Shown here piece after piece: positions 1 through 14,075 of a stretch of 64,000 nucleotides of DNA (within the stretch, counting starts at the first letter, position 1; every line of letters begins with the position of its first letter). Source of the DNA: Octopus vulgaris (taxonomy: Eukaryota); assembly GCA_951406725.2 (NCBI GenBank), contig OX597824.1:27714001-27778000 (forward strand), read 5' to 3'. A program made the position numbers and the translations under genes. The notes beneath the pieces were generated by a model. The model saw nothing but the letters and a program-made list of their open reading frames with translations, did no database searches and was not told the DNA's origin.

Positions 1-29
1 TTATCATTATTATTATTATTATTATTGCT

Positions 30-690
30 AAGGCGGTGCGCTTGAAGAATCTTTAACGCGTTGGACGAAATGCTTAGCGGTATTTCGGCCGTCGCTACGT
101 TCTGAGTTGAAATTCCGCCGTGGTCTGCAATACTGTTCATCCTTTCTTTGTCATTGAAATAAGTATCAGTGAAACAATGGGGTCGATGTAATCGAATAGA
201 TCCCCTCCCACAAAATGTCATGCCCATTGCAGTAAGATTTTATTACTGTTATTATCAACGCACCGAAGTTTAAGAAACCGTACTACACCGGACGAAATGC
301 TTAGCGGCGTTTTGTTCATCTTTTACGTTGAGTTCAAATGTAGCCAAGGTCAACTTTCACATTCCGAAATCGATAAAATAAGTACGAGTTGAGCACCGAG
401 GTCGATATAATCGATCAACCGACTTCCCCGACATTGTTGGCTTCGTGTCAAAATTTGAAATTCTTATTAACGCACTGAGCTTGCAGAATCGTTACTAGGC
501 CGGAAAACTGCTTATCGGTACTTCATCCGGCTTTATGTAACGAGTTCAAATTCACCCGACATCGACATTACCTTTCGTTCTTTCGGGGCTTACTAAAAAA
601 ATAAGCACCAACTGAGTACTGGAGACGATGTAAGCGATTTCAGTGCCCCATCCCACGAATTTGTCGGCCTTGTTCGAAAATTTGAAATTG
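30..690 (+). mobile_element. Three tandem, diverged copies of SINE family A (tRNA-like head with GAGTTCAAATTCC B-box, GTCGACTTTGCCTTTCATCCTTTCGGGGTCGAT body)
   Basis: Units at ~30-238, ~262-463 and ~472-690 each show gaaatgcttagcggtatttcg...gagttcaaattcc...cctttc...aagtacc...gtcgatgtaatcga and end in ATT-rich tails; same motifs recur more than 10 times in the window. Confidence 0.8.
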
Positions 691-709
691 TTATTATTAA
701 TATTATTTT

Positions 710-885
710 CATCATCATCATCATCATCATCATCATCGTCATTGTCGTCGTCGTCGTCGTCGTCATCATCATCATCATCATCATCATCATCGTCATTATC
801 GTCGTCGTCGTCGTCGTCATCATCATAATTATTATCATCATCATCATCACCATCAACATCTTCATCATCATCAGCATCATCATCG
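710..885. repeat. (CAT)n/(CGT)n trinucleotide microsatellite
   Basis: Direct reading; source of the poly-Ser and poly-Met ORFs. Confidence 0.95.
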
Positions 886-1174
886 TTCCATTTCTATTAT
901 TCTCGTCTTAATAGCTTTCTCCGGAATTTTAAACATTCTCAATATATGTTAGATTTATTCATGTTCAATGGAATATAAGAAATTGTGTTTACATATAGGA
1001 TAGAGAAAAAAGTGAAAAAGAGAGGAAATGGAGGATATCTACACAGATATATGTGCATATGTGTGTGTGTGTCTCTGTGTATGTTTTAGTGTGTTTATAT
1101 ATACAGTTTGATAGATATATAACTAAATGAATAGATGCATACATACACACAAACATGGTTAGATAGCTAACTGT

Positions 1175-2830
<1,656 letters not shown>

Positions 2831-3635
2831 ATAGATATAGTAAATAACTACGAGAGATCAGCAGAGCGTATTCAATCATTTTACAGAGAAAAACTAAATC
2901 TGAAACACTGCATTAAATACAAGCTGACTATCTCTTCAGATACATAACATAAATATATCAACACAAACATATATGCTAACGCACGCATATGATACATATA
3001 TACAGTCATACAATTATAGATGTATATGTATGTGTACGCGTGGACGTGTGTGACTGGGAATCTATGTGCCTGTGTGTTTGCTTTCGTCTTCTTCGATATT
3101 AGCAAAAGGCAATATCGAAAAGGAAATTTTACTATTTCTCTTTATGTCATTGACAAATGATAAATGGTCGTGTTTTGTGAAATATGTCAAAAAGAGACAT
3201 CTTACCTGCCGCCCGCTGCACACACTCGCGCACCATTTGCTCCACACAAGAATAAGTAGTGAAAACTCACATTCGTAAACTAATTTGCGTAAAAAAAAAC
3301 CAAAAAAAAAAACCAACAAAACAACGAAAAGCGTCAAGAAGCTTAAAGCTATATACGGATACATAAAGAAATATACAAACTCATATGCAAATATACACAC
3401 TTGCCATAAATAAATAAATAAATAAATAAGCAAACACGCAAGCACACCCACACACCCACATATATGTATGTATATATATAAACATACACTTTTAAATTTC
3501 TATACATTTATATTTATATTAGATATATATAAAGAAAGAGGGTGAGAGAGAGAGCAATATATGACTATGTATATATGTAAATACATTTATCTATACATAT
3601 GCACACGCATATATGTTCGTGTGTGTGTATGTATG

Positions 3636-3720
<85 letters not shown>

Positions 3721-3722
<2 letters not shown>

Positions 3723-3844
3723 GAGTGGTGTATGAAAAGTCTTGAGTCTCAAAACAAAAATCATGGTACAACATCTCTGATGAGAGAACAAGACTTGAAG
3801 GCTCAAAGACCTTGAAGGATCAAAACTTTTCATACATCCTTCGT
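3721..3844. mobile_element. Mariner-type MITE (~125 bp)
   Basis: Left end acgagtggtgtatgaaaagtcttga and right end tcaaaacttttcatacatccttcgt are imperfect inverted repeats; embedded in TA-rich sequence. Confidence 0.7.
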
Positions 3845-4189
3845 ATATATGTGTACACATATACACATATATAATAATGTTTGTTTTTATGTCGAGTTAT
3901 TATAAAAAAAGATTTTACTTTAAACTGAAAAATTACTTAATAACTTTTGTCCAGGACATACTAGAACTTATATAAGAAGGTGAGTTAAAGATGATACAAA
4001 AGTCTTGGCCATCGTCATACTGTAGAAATTTTTCGAAGACAAAACATCATGAAATTCTTTCTTAAGGTTTCGAACATACATCAAGCCTATTTGAAGAACG
4101 TATTTATATAATATCGTATATACACATGTATATGCGTGTGTTATATTTATATATGCTCACATACACACATACACACACACACATACATA

Positions 4190-4406
4190 TATTGACTGCG
4201 GCCATGCTGGAGCAACGCTTTTAGTCAAGCAAGTCGACCCCGGGACTTATTCATTGTAAGCCTAGTTCTTATTCAATCGGTCACTTTTTGCCGAACGACT
4301 ACGTTACGGTGGCGTAAACAAAACGGCATCGATTGTTAAGCGATGTTGGAGGACACAGACACACAAACACAAACTTACACCCCTACATTTATATATATAT
4401 GTGTGA

Positions 4407-4476
<70 letters not shown>

Positions 4477-4655
4477 GTGTGTGTGTATACGACTGGCTTA
4501 TTTCAGTTTCCGTCTACCACATTATCCATTCACACGGCTTTGATCAGCCTATGGCTATGTTAAGAGACTCTTGTCCAAGGTCTGTCAGGCAGTGAGACTG
4601 AACCCGGAACTACGTGGTTGGCAAGCAAGTTACTTGCCACGCAGCCACTCGCGTT
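4190..4655 (-). mobile_element. SINE family B (tRNA-like head, CORE-like segment, internal (TA)n(TG)n)
   Basis: Reverse complement matches copies at 11450-11895 and 58683-59082 (gagtggctg...gggttcagtc...ccttgggcaag...gacggaaactgaaagaagcc...gctccagcatggccgcagtca). Confidence 0.85.
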
Positions 4656-4714
4656 CGCACATGATTCCGACTGTGTTGTTAGTTACACGTATAATGCTAT
4701 ATAAGTGTTTTAAT

Positions 4715-4925
4715 ATTGATTTCAAATGTTGGCTCATGTCCAGCAATTTTGAAGGAGAAAGAAAGTCGATAACATCTACTGCAGTACACAACTATTTTAT
4801 CGTCCCGAAAGGGTGAAAATCAAAGTCGACCTCAGTGGAATTTGAATTTGAAACGCAAGAATGGACGTAATGTCACTAAACTTTTCTTCAAGCTCGCTAA
4901 CGCCTCTGACTGATCGCCATCCTTC
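4715..4925 (-). mobile_element. SINE family A, diverged
   Basis: cccgaaagggtgaaaatcaaagtcgacctcagtggaatttgaa is the reverse complement of the family A body. Confidence 0.7.
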
Positions 4926-4947
4926 GAGTTTTAATATTTCAATACTG

Positions 4948-5720
4948 AAGAACTGGCAGAATCGTTAGCGCGGCGGGCGAAATGCTTAGCGGTATTTCGC
5001 CTGTCGTTACGTCCTGAGTTCAAATTCCGCCGAGGTCGACTTTGCCTTTCATCCTTTCGGAGTCGATAAATAAAGTACTAGTTTCGCACAAGGGTTGATG
5101 TAATCGATATCATCCCTTTGTCTGCCCTTGTTTGTCACCTCTATGTTTAGCTCCTTGTGGGTAGTAAAGAAATATATATATATTCTTTCCGCCGAGGTTG
5201 ACTTTGCCTTTTATCCTTTCGGGGTCGATTAAGCAAGTACCAGTTATGCACTGGGGTCGAAAGAATCGACTTAATCCGTTTGTCTGTCCTTGTTTGTCTT
5301 CTCTGTCTTTAGCCCCTTGTGGGTAGTAAGAAATAGGTATTTCGTCTGTCTTTACGTTCTGAGTTCAAATTCCACCGAGGTCGATTTTGCCTTTCATCCT
5401 TTTGGGGTCGATTAAATAAGTACCAGTTACGTACTGGGGTCGATGCAATGGACTTAATCCCTTTGTTCTTGTTTGTTCCCTCTATGCTTAGCTCCCTGTG
5501 GGTAATAAAGAAATAAATAAAGAACACAGGTGACGAGCTGGCACGCCGGGAAAAAAGGCCTGTCGTTATTTCGTGTTTTTACGTTCTGAGTTCGAATTCC
5601 GCCGAGATCGACTTTGCCTTTCATCCTTTCGGGGTCGATAAATCAAGTACCAGTTGCGTACTGGGGTCGGATAATCGACTGGCACCCTCCCCCCAAATTT
5701 CGGGCCTTGTTCCAGCAATT
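4948..5720 (+). mobile_element. SINE family A multimer (three internal units plus a terminal unit)
   Basis: Repeated units ending gccccttgtgggtagtaaagaaata; last unit ends ccctccccccaaatttcgggccttg. Confidence 0.85.
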
Positions 5721-5721
5721 T

Positions 5722-5880
5722 TGGTGAAGCAGCTAAATGGATTACATCGAGCTCAGTATCAATTAGCACTTAATTTATCGTCCCCGAAAATGGTGGACGG
5801 CGACGTCGACGTCGACGCCAGCGAAATTTGAACTCAGAACGTAAAACGAACGAACAACTACAAAGTATTTTGCATGGAGC
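5722..5880 (-). mobile_element. SINE family A, diverged, tail-to-tail with the previous copy
   Basis: aaatttgaactcagaacgtaaa motif in reverse orientation. Confidence 0.6.
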
Positions 5881-6128
5881 TTAATCGTCTGAGAATATTG
5901 GTGGGATTGAAAGCTAAAGAAAGTGAGTGCTTTGGCCTTAAAGATTACAGAAACTGATTTAATCTTAAAAGTAAAGCAGCGTTAAAACTGCAAAAGGTAA
6001 AAAGAGGAATTTATAGATGTTGACTGCAGGAAAAGGTGGAGGATGAGGAGAAAAATATGAAAGACGTGTAAGTCTGCATGGCGTTACTTAATAACACATA
6101 CTTCTTAGTTATACAATAAAATCCCCCA

Positions 6129-6224
<96 letters not shown>

Positions 6225-6293
6225 GTATATAATATTTATTTATCTATTTATATATATGTGTGTATATATATACTGTGTGATTTATATATTTAC

Positions 6294-6348
<55 letters not shown>

Positions 6349-7726
6349 GACATATATGTATATATATGCATATTTAGGTATATTTATTTATATATATATA
6401 TATATATACATACATATTCATATATACACATGTTTACACACATGCGCACACATTCACACCTAAAATTATTCATAAACAAATTGCAGATACGTGACATAAA
6501 AAAGCGGAACGAGAGAGTATGACTAGATAAAGGCCAAGATGTGGGGAAGTATGCGATGGCTGCAAGGCATAAATATTGATAGTATAGGCAAAATGCCCGA
6601 TCGCTATTTTATTAAAATGAAATAGTATACAAAATACAATACATAATATTCACCTTTTTTTTTCTGTTTTCGTTATTCAATTATGAGAAAAGGTGTCATC
6701 TTGTTAAAAAAACAGCAGTTAAAATATGAAGTGTCTTTGAACAGCACTCAGTTTATAAAGAGACGTTGGCTTCAAAGAACTTATTCCAAAAATTTCAAAG
6801 AAATTCTCTGTGATGGGAGAATGTAATATATCATATGAGTAGAATAAATTTCCGTAAGATGCATTTATTTGGCTGACAACACATCGAGGAGGGATCCCTT
6901 CGAAATTTTTTAGTAAATTCACTGTAAAATTATTTTTGCATACATGTACACATGTATGTTTATGTGTACACATGTATCTACACATGACCTACATCCTACG
7001 ATACATATTTTCCAACCTGAAAATTGTTGACATTCACTGAAATTCTTTTTTGTTTCCAGATATGTTATGATAGAGAAGTAGTATGAACGTCATTTCAGTA
7101 CATTACATCAAATCATTACTGAGACGTTTACCATCAAGTACAATGAGGCGGTTACAACATTTCACATTGTGTCAGAAGCAAACTGACTTCATTCTATAAA
7201 CATGGAGACATGATAACGTAACAATCTTACAACTGATCACCCCATTTCCTCCCTTAGAAAGGTTGTGTTACTCATTTCATCTCCCACCTGTCTTTCAAAA
7301 TAACAATGCTAAATCACTGTGGAATATACGAAGATATAGAAGCCACTACATACCACACAGTTACCTAGATATCGTTTCATCTGACACAAATCAGAAGAGT
7401 TTACAATATATCAGCATAAGAACAAAAGATTATAGTGTCGTGTAGGAGCGATCTGTAAAATAAGCGTATTTCCAGTTATTGCAGCAACCTCTGTGTTGGA
7501 CAAAGCATATGATAGCAGTTATAGATTCATCTATCACTCTATTAGGAATAACGTATGATACAGAGCTAACTTATATAACGGCATTGATAGATTCACAGTA
7601 GTGATACATTTAGATCCGTTTAGAAAATACAAATGTTAAGATTTATTTGATGTGAACACTTCTATGAATATTTCTGAATATGCATCTATAATTCGTTCTG
7701 AAACAAAGAAACTTATATGCATTTTA

Positions 7727-7729
7727 TAA

Positions 7730-7804
<75 letters not shown>
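7727..7804. repeat. (TAG)n microsatellite
   Basis: Direct reading. Confidence 0.95.
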
Positions 7805-8697
7805 AGGAGAAGTGAAAAAAAGACATTGAAATGAGAATGCATCGACAGTTTGAAAGGAATACACAGGACGTTAAGGATTATACTGCATCGTGGGTATGGC
7901 TTGAGCGAAGTGATTTGAAGCGTACCACCGAAAGTCTTATCATTGCTGTACAAGACCAGGCTGTTGCTACTAGTTCAGTGAAGAATAACATCTATAAAAT
8001 TTCTGACACCCATAAATGCAGATTCTGTTGAAAGAGTGTGAAAAATGCGATCCACTTGGTCAGTGGATGTGTGAACCTTGCACAAAAAGATTACAATCGC
8101 CTCCACGATAAAGTGTGCGTGAATCTTCATTCGCTCTTATGCCGTAAATATGATATGAAGTAACAGAGAATCGGTATGAGCATGTACCAAGTAAAGCTAT
8201 GCAGGAGGATGGAAAAGTAACGAGACTCCGGAACTATGATTTTCAGACGGATCGTGTAATCGAACTTCGTCGACCGGATATTGTCATATTGAGTATGAGA
8301 GAAAAATACTGTCAGATCATTGTTGTAGCCATACCAAATGGCATGAATGTTGTGAGCAAAGAGGTTGAAAAAAACTCACCAATAACTCCGAATTGAAAGT
8401 GGAAATGGGAAGACTGTATGGAATGCGAGAGGGTAATGTAAAAGTAATACCAGTGGTGATCCCAGGGGTTTTACGGGGAATTACGAGCATTACCAACCAG
8501 ATTTGATAATTTTTGTTGAAGAAATTAGAATTGACATGAGGGTAGAACATTCTCAGGAAACTGATGTGGATCTTGAGTTTAGTACTTGTGTCTTTATCAT
8601 GGAAAGAGACATTGTGAGACACTTAGCAACAGGTTGTTGTCCAACCTTACTGAATTAAAAGGAGAGTTCTGAGAGGTGAAATCGAAATAATAATTAT
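7805..8697 (+). mobile_element. Decayed 3' fragment of an R4/Dong-type non-LTR retrotransposon (CCHC knuckle plus restriction-like endonuclease)
   Basis: Translations WLERSDLKRTTESLIIAVQDQAV, KCRFC...HLVSGC, YNRLHDKV, DFQTDRVIELRRPDIVI...IIVVAIP; stops and frameshifts; ends in aataataatt. Confidence 0.85.
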
Positions 8698-8890
8698 TGT
8701 GGGTTTCGATTCCTGGACCAGGCAACACGTTCTGTTCTTGAGCAAAACACTTCATTCGACGTTGCTCCAGTCCACTCGGCTGGCAAAAATGAGTAATCCT
8801 GTGACCGATTCACGTGCTGAGAGTTTATCCGCCATGGAAACCGCGAAACTGGATCTTATGAGTCGGCATGACACGAGAAGTTAACATTTA
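8698..8890 (+). mobile_element. 5'-truncated tRNA-derived SINE (CORE-like)
   Basis: B-box-like ggtttcgattcc followed by ttcttgagcaaaacacttcattc...ttgctccagtccactc. Confidence 0.65.
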
Positions 8891-8959
8891 CTTGTTAAGT
8901 AATGAGGAATGAGGTGCTGCTTTTACACTTTTAATATCTCATCAATTCCTCTCCATTTA

Positions 8960-9970
8960 CCTACACTATGAACCATCCCTATATTATAAACAGCGTTCTT
9001 ACAGCATTACACTTTTACACTAAGCAAATACTCTAGAAATTATTTAAAAGTCTCCCACTCTCCAATTAAAATCCTCAGAATACATACCTATATACACAGA
9101 AAATGTATATGTTTATACAGACAAACTGAAAGGAACTTTTCCTTATCTTTTTAAAAAATCATATTATATATGTAAATAAATTATATTTTATTTTTGTTCC
9201 ATTTTTATACATGAATATACACGCACATACTATATTAGCCCCATTTTAGAAAATATGCAGTATAGAATTTGAGGAAACTTTGTAAACAAACACTAAACAA
9301 CCGCTGCTTCCACATAACAGGTAATTTAAACCCTTGTAAAATTAGTTATAAAGCAATGAACACCTCGAGAGAAACACATAAACAAACATTCATTCAAATA
9401 CTTTTGTCAAAAGCAAAGCAGAAGTGAAACGATCTTCTATACTAACAAACTCATGATGTGCCTGACTTAAAAACCCAAACCTTAGAAATGAAGATAAACC
9501 ATTCCCTAGATAAGAACAGCTACAAATAATGAGAGAAACAGCTTAAACTTAGCTCCTATCTACATTCGTCTGTGGCAAAAATGTTGACTCACCCAATTAC
9601 TAGAAATTGTCACCTTGACCTTCATATTGTCAATGCAAAAGGGATTAAATCCAATAACACCAAAAGCAACAGAAATGCTGTCACACTTTGTACCGACCAA
9701 ACAAATGAGAAACATCGACAGGCTTGGTTACAAAGTTCTATATGCATCAATGAGTTGTGAACAATAACCTAACACCAAATTTAATCAATAAGAACTTAGC
9801 ATAACACCTGAACATGAAATACGTAATTGCCACGCAACTGAACCTCACAGGCACGAAAACGATTTTTAACTGAACGGAGGATATATAACAGCAAGATTAA
9901 CTCTTATGCATCGCAGCCTGACGATGGCTTGGCTGGCCGAAACTTCGAAGTCACTGTCAAGAACATTCTT
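8960..9970 (+). mobile_element. Highly decayed 3' part of a Penelope-like element (GIY-YIG region plus terminal repeat)
   Basis: Remnant motifs SRNYLKVSHS (~9030), SYKA, KLSSYLH, NNTKSNR..TLCT, HRHENDF, followed by a hammerhead at 9913-9957 and (TA)n. Confidence 0.6.
9913..9957 (+). ncRNA. Minimal type-I hammerhead ribozyme (PLE type)
   Basis: gcagc CTGACGA t ggc-ttggctg-gcc GAA ACTTCGAAGT C actgt: intact core, 10-nt palindromic stem III, GUC cleavage triplet; one mismatch at base of stem I. Confidence 0.75.
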
Positions 9971-9971
9971 G

Positions 9972-10012
<41 letters not shown>

Positions 10013-10110
10013 AAGGAAAAATTGTAAAAATGCAGAATGCTAACTTGAAAGAAAATTTTAATGAAATGAGAAATTGATAAAATATATAAATGTATATTTA
10101 TTCAAACCGG

Positions 10111-10183
<73 letters not shown>

Positions 10184-10289
10184 TGTATGTGTGTGTATGT
10201 GTGTGCATATGCGTGAGTGTATGTATTTGGGTTGGGTGGTTGTGTTCGCGTGTGTTTGTGCGTGTCTGATTGTGTGTAGGAATTTGTGT

Positions 10290-10490
10290 CTATTTGTTTC
10301 CCACTACTGGATGAAAACCGTTGTTGGTGAGTTTATGTCCGGTAACTTAGTGGTTCCGCAAATGAGACCGATAAAAGAGTGTCAGACTTAACAAATATAA
10401 GTAATAGAGTTCATTAATTCCACTAGAATCCTTTAAAGCGGTTCCCTAGCACAACCGCCATCTAATGACTGAAACAAAAGAGAAGAGAAA
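10290..10490 (+). mobile_element. SINE family B 3' half, diverged
   Basis: aaccgttgttggtgagtttatgtccggtaacttagtggttccgcaaatgagaccgata...aatgactgaaacaaaagag. Confidence 0.65.
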
Positions 10491-10519
10491 AAGAAAGGCT
10501 TTGAAAAAATCTTCCAATA

Positions 10520-11664
10520 TTTTCTTTCCGTAAGACAAGTAACAAAACAGTTTGATCGGTCTCTTATTGTGAGTTTTCTCTTGTAAATCAATTTTTGTGA
10601 ACCCATGGATAGATAAAAAATTTTGTGTTATGAAAATGAGTTTTTTCATGGAACAAATGCATCCCGGACAGCTCCAAACATCAATGAGGTGTTTGGTAAT
10701 GATGTGGCGAATGGGCGCACTGTACACCAATAGTTTGAGGAGTTCAGGTCTAGTGACTTTACCCTTGAAAATCAACCGTGTGGCAGACCAGAGACCAAGG
10801 TGGAAACTGATGTGCTGGAAAGTGTAGTGGAAGCGGATACATCTCAAATAACGCGTGAGTTAACAGCAAGGTTTGGTGTTTCCATTTCAACGGTATTAGA
10901 ACATCTGAAACAAATTGGCAAGGTAAAGAAGCTAGCCAAGTGGATGTCATACGAACCGAACGTGCATCAAATGACACGTCGTCTTCAAACTTGACGTTCT
11001 TTGCTGTCACAGCATAAAAGCGAACCATTTTCGCATCGTAATGTTAGGTGCGATAAAAAATGGATTCTTTTCAACAATAGCAAGCGATCTGCACGGTGAT
11101 TGGATAGAGACTAAGGGCCAAAACACAATCCCAAAAAGAATATTCACCAAAAATTTAATGGTATCTGTTTGGTGGTCCAGTGCTGGTGTCATTCGCTACA
11201 ACTTCATGAGACCTGGTAAATCAGCTATAGCAGATGTATGCATCAACCAATTTGATGAAATGATGAGTGAACGTGAAATTAAACAACCGAGATTGGTCAA
11301 GAAAGACGGGCCAATTCTCTTGGAAGACAATGCTCGACCAGATGTTGCACAAAAAAACATTACTCAAAGAACAGAACATGGAAATACTCTGTTTTCCACC
11401 ATATTCACCAGATCTTGCACCAACTGACTACCACGTTTTCCAGGCATTACTCTTTTTTACTCTTTTTACTTGTTTCAGTCATTTGGCTGCGGCCATGCTG
11501 GAGCACCGCCTTTAGTCGAGCAACTCGACCCCGGGACTTATTCTTTTTGTAAGCCCAGTACTTATTCTATCGGTCTATTTTTGCCGAACCGCTAAGTGAC
11601 GGGGACGTAAACACACCAGCATCGGTTGTCAAGCAATGCTAGGGGAACAAACACAGAAACACAA

Positions 11665-11731
<67 letters not shown>

Positions 11732-12121
11732 TACGACAGGCTTCTTTCAGTTTCCGACTACCAAATCTACTCACAAAGCATTGGTCGGCCCGGGGCTATA
11801 GCAGAAGACACTTGCCCAAGGTACCACGCAGTGGGACTGAACCCAGAACCATGTGGCTGGTAAGCAAGCTACTTACCACACAGCCACTCCTGCGCATTAG
11901 ACAACATTTTGCAAAGAAACAACTTCAAATCCGAAGAAGATACAAAAACAACCTCATGCTCTTCTGAATTCTTCGCTGCCGGCATAAATAGGCTACCGAG
12001 AAAATACCAAAATTGTGTTGATAATTTAGGTGTAGACTTTGGTTAACTGCATTGCTCTTTGTTGCGATAAAGTAAAATAAACCTTCAGTTCAAAATCCGA
12101 ATTTCATACTTAATGACCTGA
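10520..12121 (+). mobile_element. Decayed mariner (DD34D) transposon, interrupted by a SINE
   Basis: Frameshifted transposase: HTH region (TRELTARFGVSISTVLEHLKQIGKVKKL), CDKKWILFN, WWSSAGVI, LLEDNARP, PPYSPDLAPTDYHVFQAL; continues after the SINE to KCVD-like QNCVDNLG; probable right TIR ...atttcatacttaatgacctga. Confidence 0.9.
11450..11895 (-). mobile_element. SINE family B, near full length, inserted into the mariner
   Basis: Matches 58683-59082; gcatta duplicated at 11444-11449 and 11894-11899; mariner reading frame resumes after it. Confidence 0.9.
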
Positions 12122-12122
12122 A

Positions 12123-12205
<83 letters not shown>

Positions 12206-12249
12206 TAATAATAATAATAATGATAATAATGATGATGATGATGATAATG

Positions 12250-12348
<99 letters not shown>

Positions 12349-12351
12349 GTA

Positions 12352-12397
<46 letters not shown>

Positions 12398-12469
12398 TAA
12401 TAATAATAATAATAATAATAACAATAATAATAATAATAATAGATAATAATGATGATGATGATGATAATG

Positions 12470-12547
<78 letters not shown>

Positions 12548-12550
12548 GTA

Positions 12551-12616
<66 letters not shown>

Positions 12617-12632
12617 GTAATAATATTAATAA
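12123..12632. repeat. ~510 bp (TAA)n microsatellite with TGA/TAG/CAA variants
   Basis: Direct reading. Confidence 0.95.
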
Positions 12633-12649
12633 TCGTTTCTAATATAGGT

Positions 12650-13135
12650 CTAAAAGTTTGGGCCATAGTCAACCTCGGCGGAATTTCAAGTCAGAACGTA
12701 GCGCCAGACGAAATACCTATTTCTTTACTATCCACAAGGGGTTAAACACAGAGAGGAGAAACAAGGACAGACAAACGGATTAAGTCCATTATATCGAACC
12801 CAGTGCATAACTGGTACTTATTTAATCGACCCCGAAAGGATAAAAGGCAATGTCGACCTCGGCGGAATTTGAACTCAGAACGTAAAGACAGACGAAATAC
12901 TTATTTCTTTACTTCCCACAAGGGGCTAAACACAGAGAGGACAAACAAGGATAGACAAACGGATTAAGTCCATTATCTCGACCCCAGTGCGTAACTGGTA
13001 CTTATTTAATCGACCCCGAAAGTATGAAAGGCAAAGTCGCCTTCGGCGGTATTTGAACTGAGACCGTAACGGCAGACGAAATACTACAAAGCATTTCGCC
13101 CGGAGCGCTAACGTTTCTGCCAGGTTGCCGCCTTA
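12650..13135 (-). mobile_element. SINE family A multimer
   Basis: Two complete ~180 bp units plus a partial third; head ggcggcaacctggcagaaacgttagcg at the right end; flanked by (TAA)n. Confidence 0.85.
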
Positions 13136-13174
13136 ATAATAATAATAATAAGACAACAACAACAACAATACTAC

Positions 13175-13230
<56 letters not shown>

Positions 13231-13292
13231 GTAATGACAAAAATAATAATAACAACGATATTGACGAGAATAATAGTTCACGTGAGAGGAGG

Positions 13293-13328
<36 letters not shown>

Positions 13329-13739
13329 ATAATAAAACAAATGAAGAGAATACTTGTTTGTGTGAAATGAGAAAAAGGCATTAAAAGCCTTGTTTTTATG
13401 TCAATGTAACCTGCTATGCTAACCTATATAATATAAGATTACACTTGTGTAATGGCACTTTCACTAGGAAAAATAGAAACACAACAGGAAAACCCATCAA
13501 CAAGAACAATAAATGCACTTATTTCTATGATTAAGAAGGTATTAGAAAAAGGGCTTAATCGTTTGACATGTTTCAGAATCAGTGAAGCATTGTCAGACAT
13601 GTTTGGGGATCACACTTGCAAACGTATTGACGCAAATGTGTAAACAAGGATACGTAGAAAATAAATAGTGGAGAAAATGCATCCATGGCAAATGTTGTGG
13701 AAAGTGATAGGGAAAAATAAAATAAAATAATATATAAAA

Positions 13740-13743
13740 ATAC

Positions 13744-13812
<69 letters not shown>

Positions 13813-13886
13813 TATATACATATATATATATACACACATATATATATATACAAATATATATATATATATACATATATATATACATG

Positions 13887-13941
<55 letters not shown>

Positions 13942-13966
13942 GCACATATATATATATACATATATT

Positions 13967-13998
<32 letters not shown>

Positions 13999-13999
13999 C

Positions 14000-14059
<60 letters not shown>

Positions 14060-14075
14060 TATATACATACACACA
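13740..14075. repeat. (TA)n-rich microsatellite
   Basis: Direct reading; similar tracts at 3640-3720, 6130-6430, 14625-14725, 19090-19410, 30595-30810, 37470-38210, 46660-46900, 62180-62360 and 62730-62910. Confidence 0.95.

Noticed and set aside
9836-9865. TGA near an expected cysteine of the PLE C-terminal motif (selenocysteine idea)
   Set aside because: The copy is full of stops and frameshifts, so one TGA carries no information
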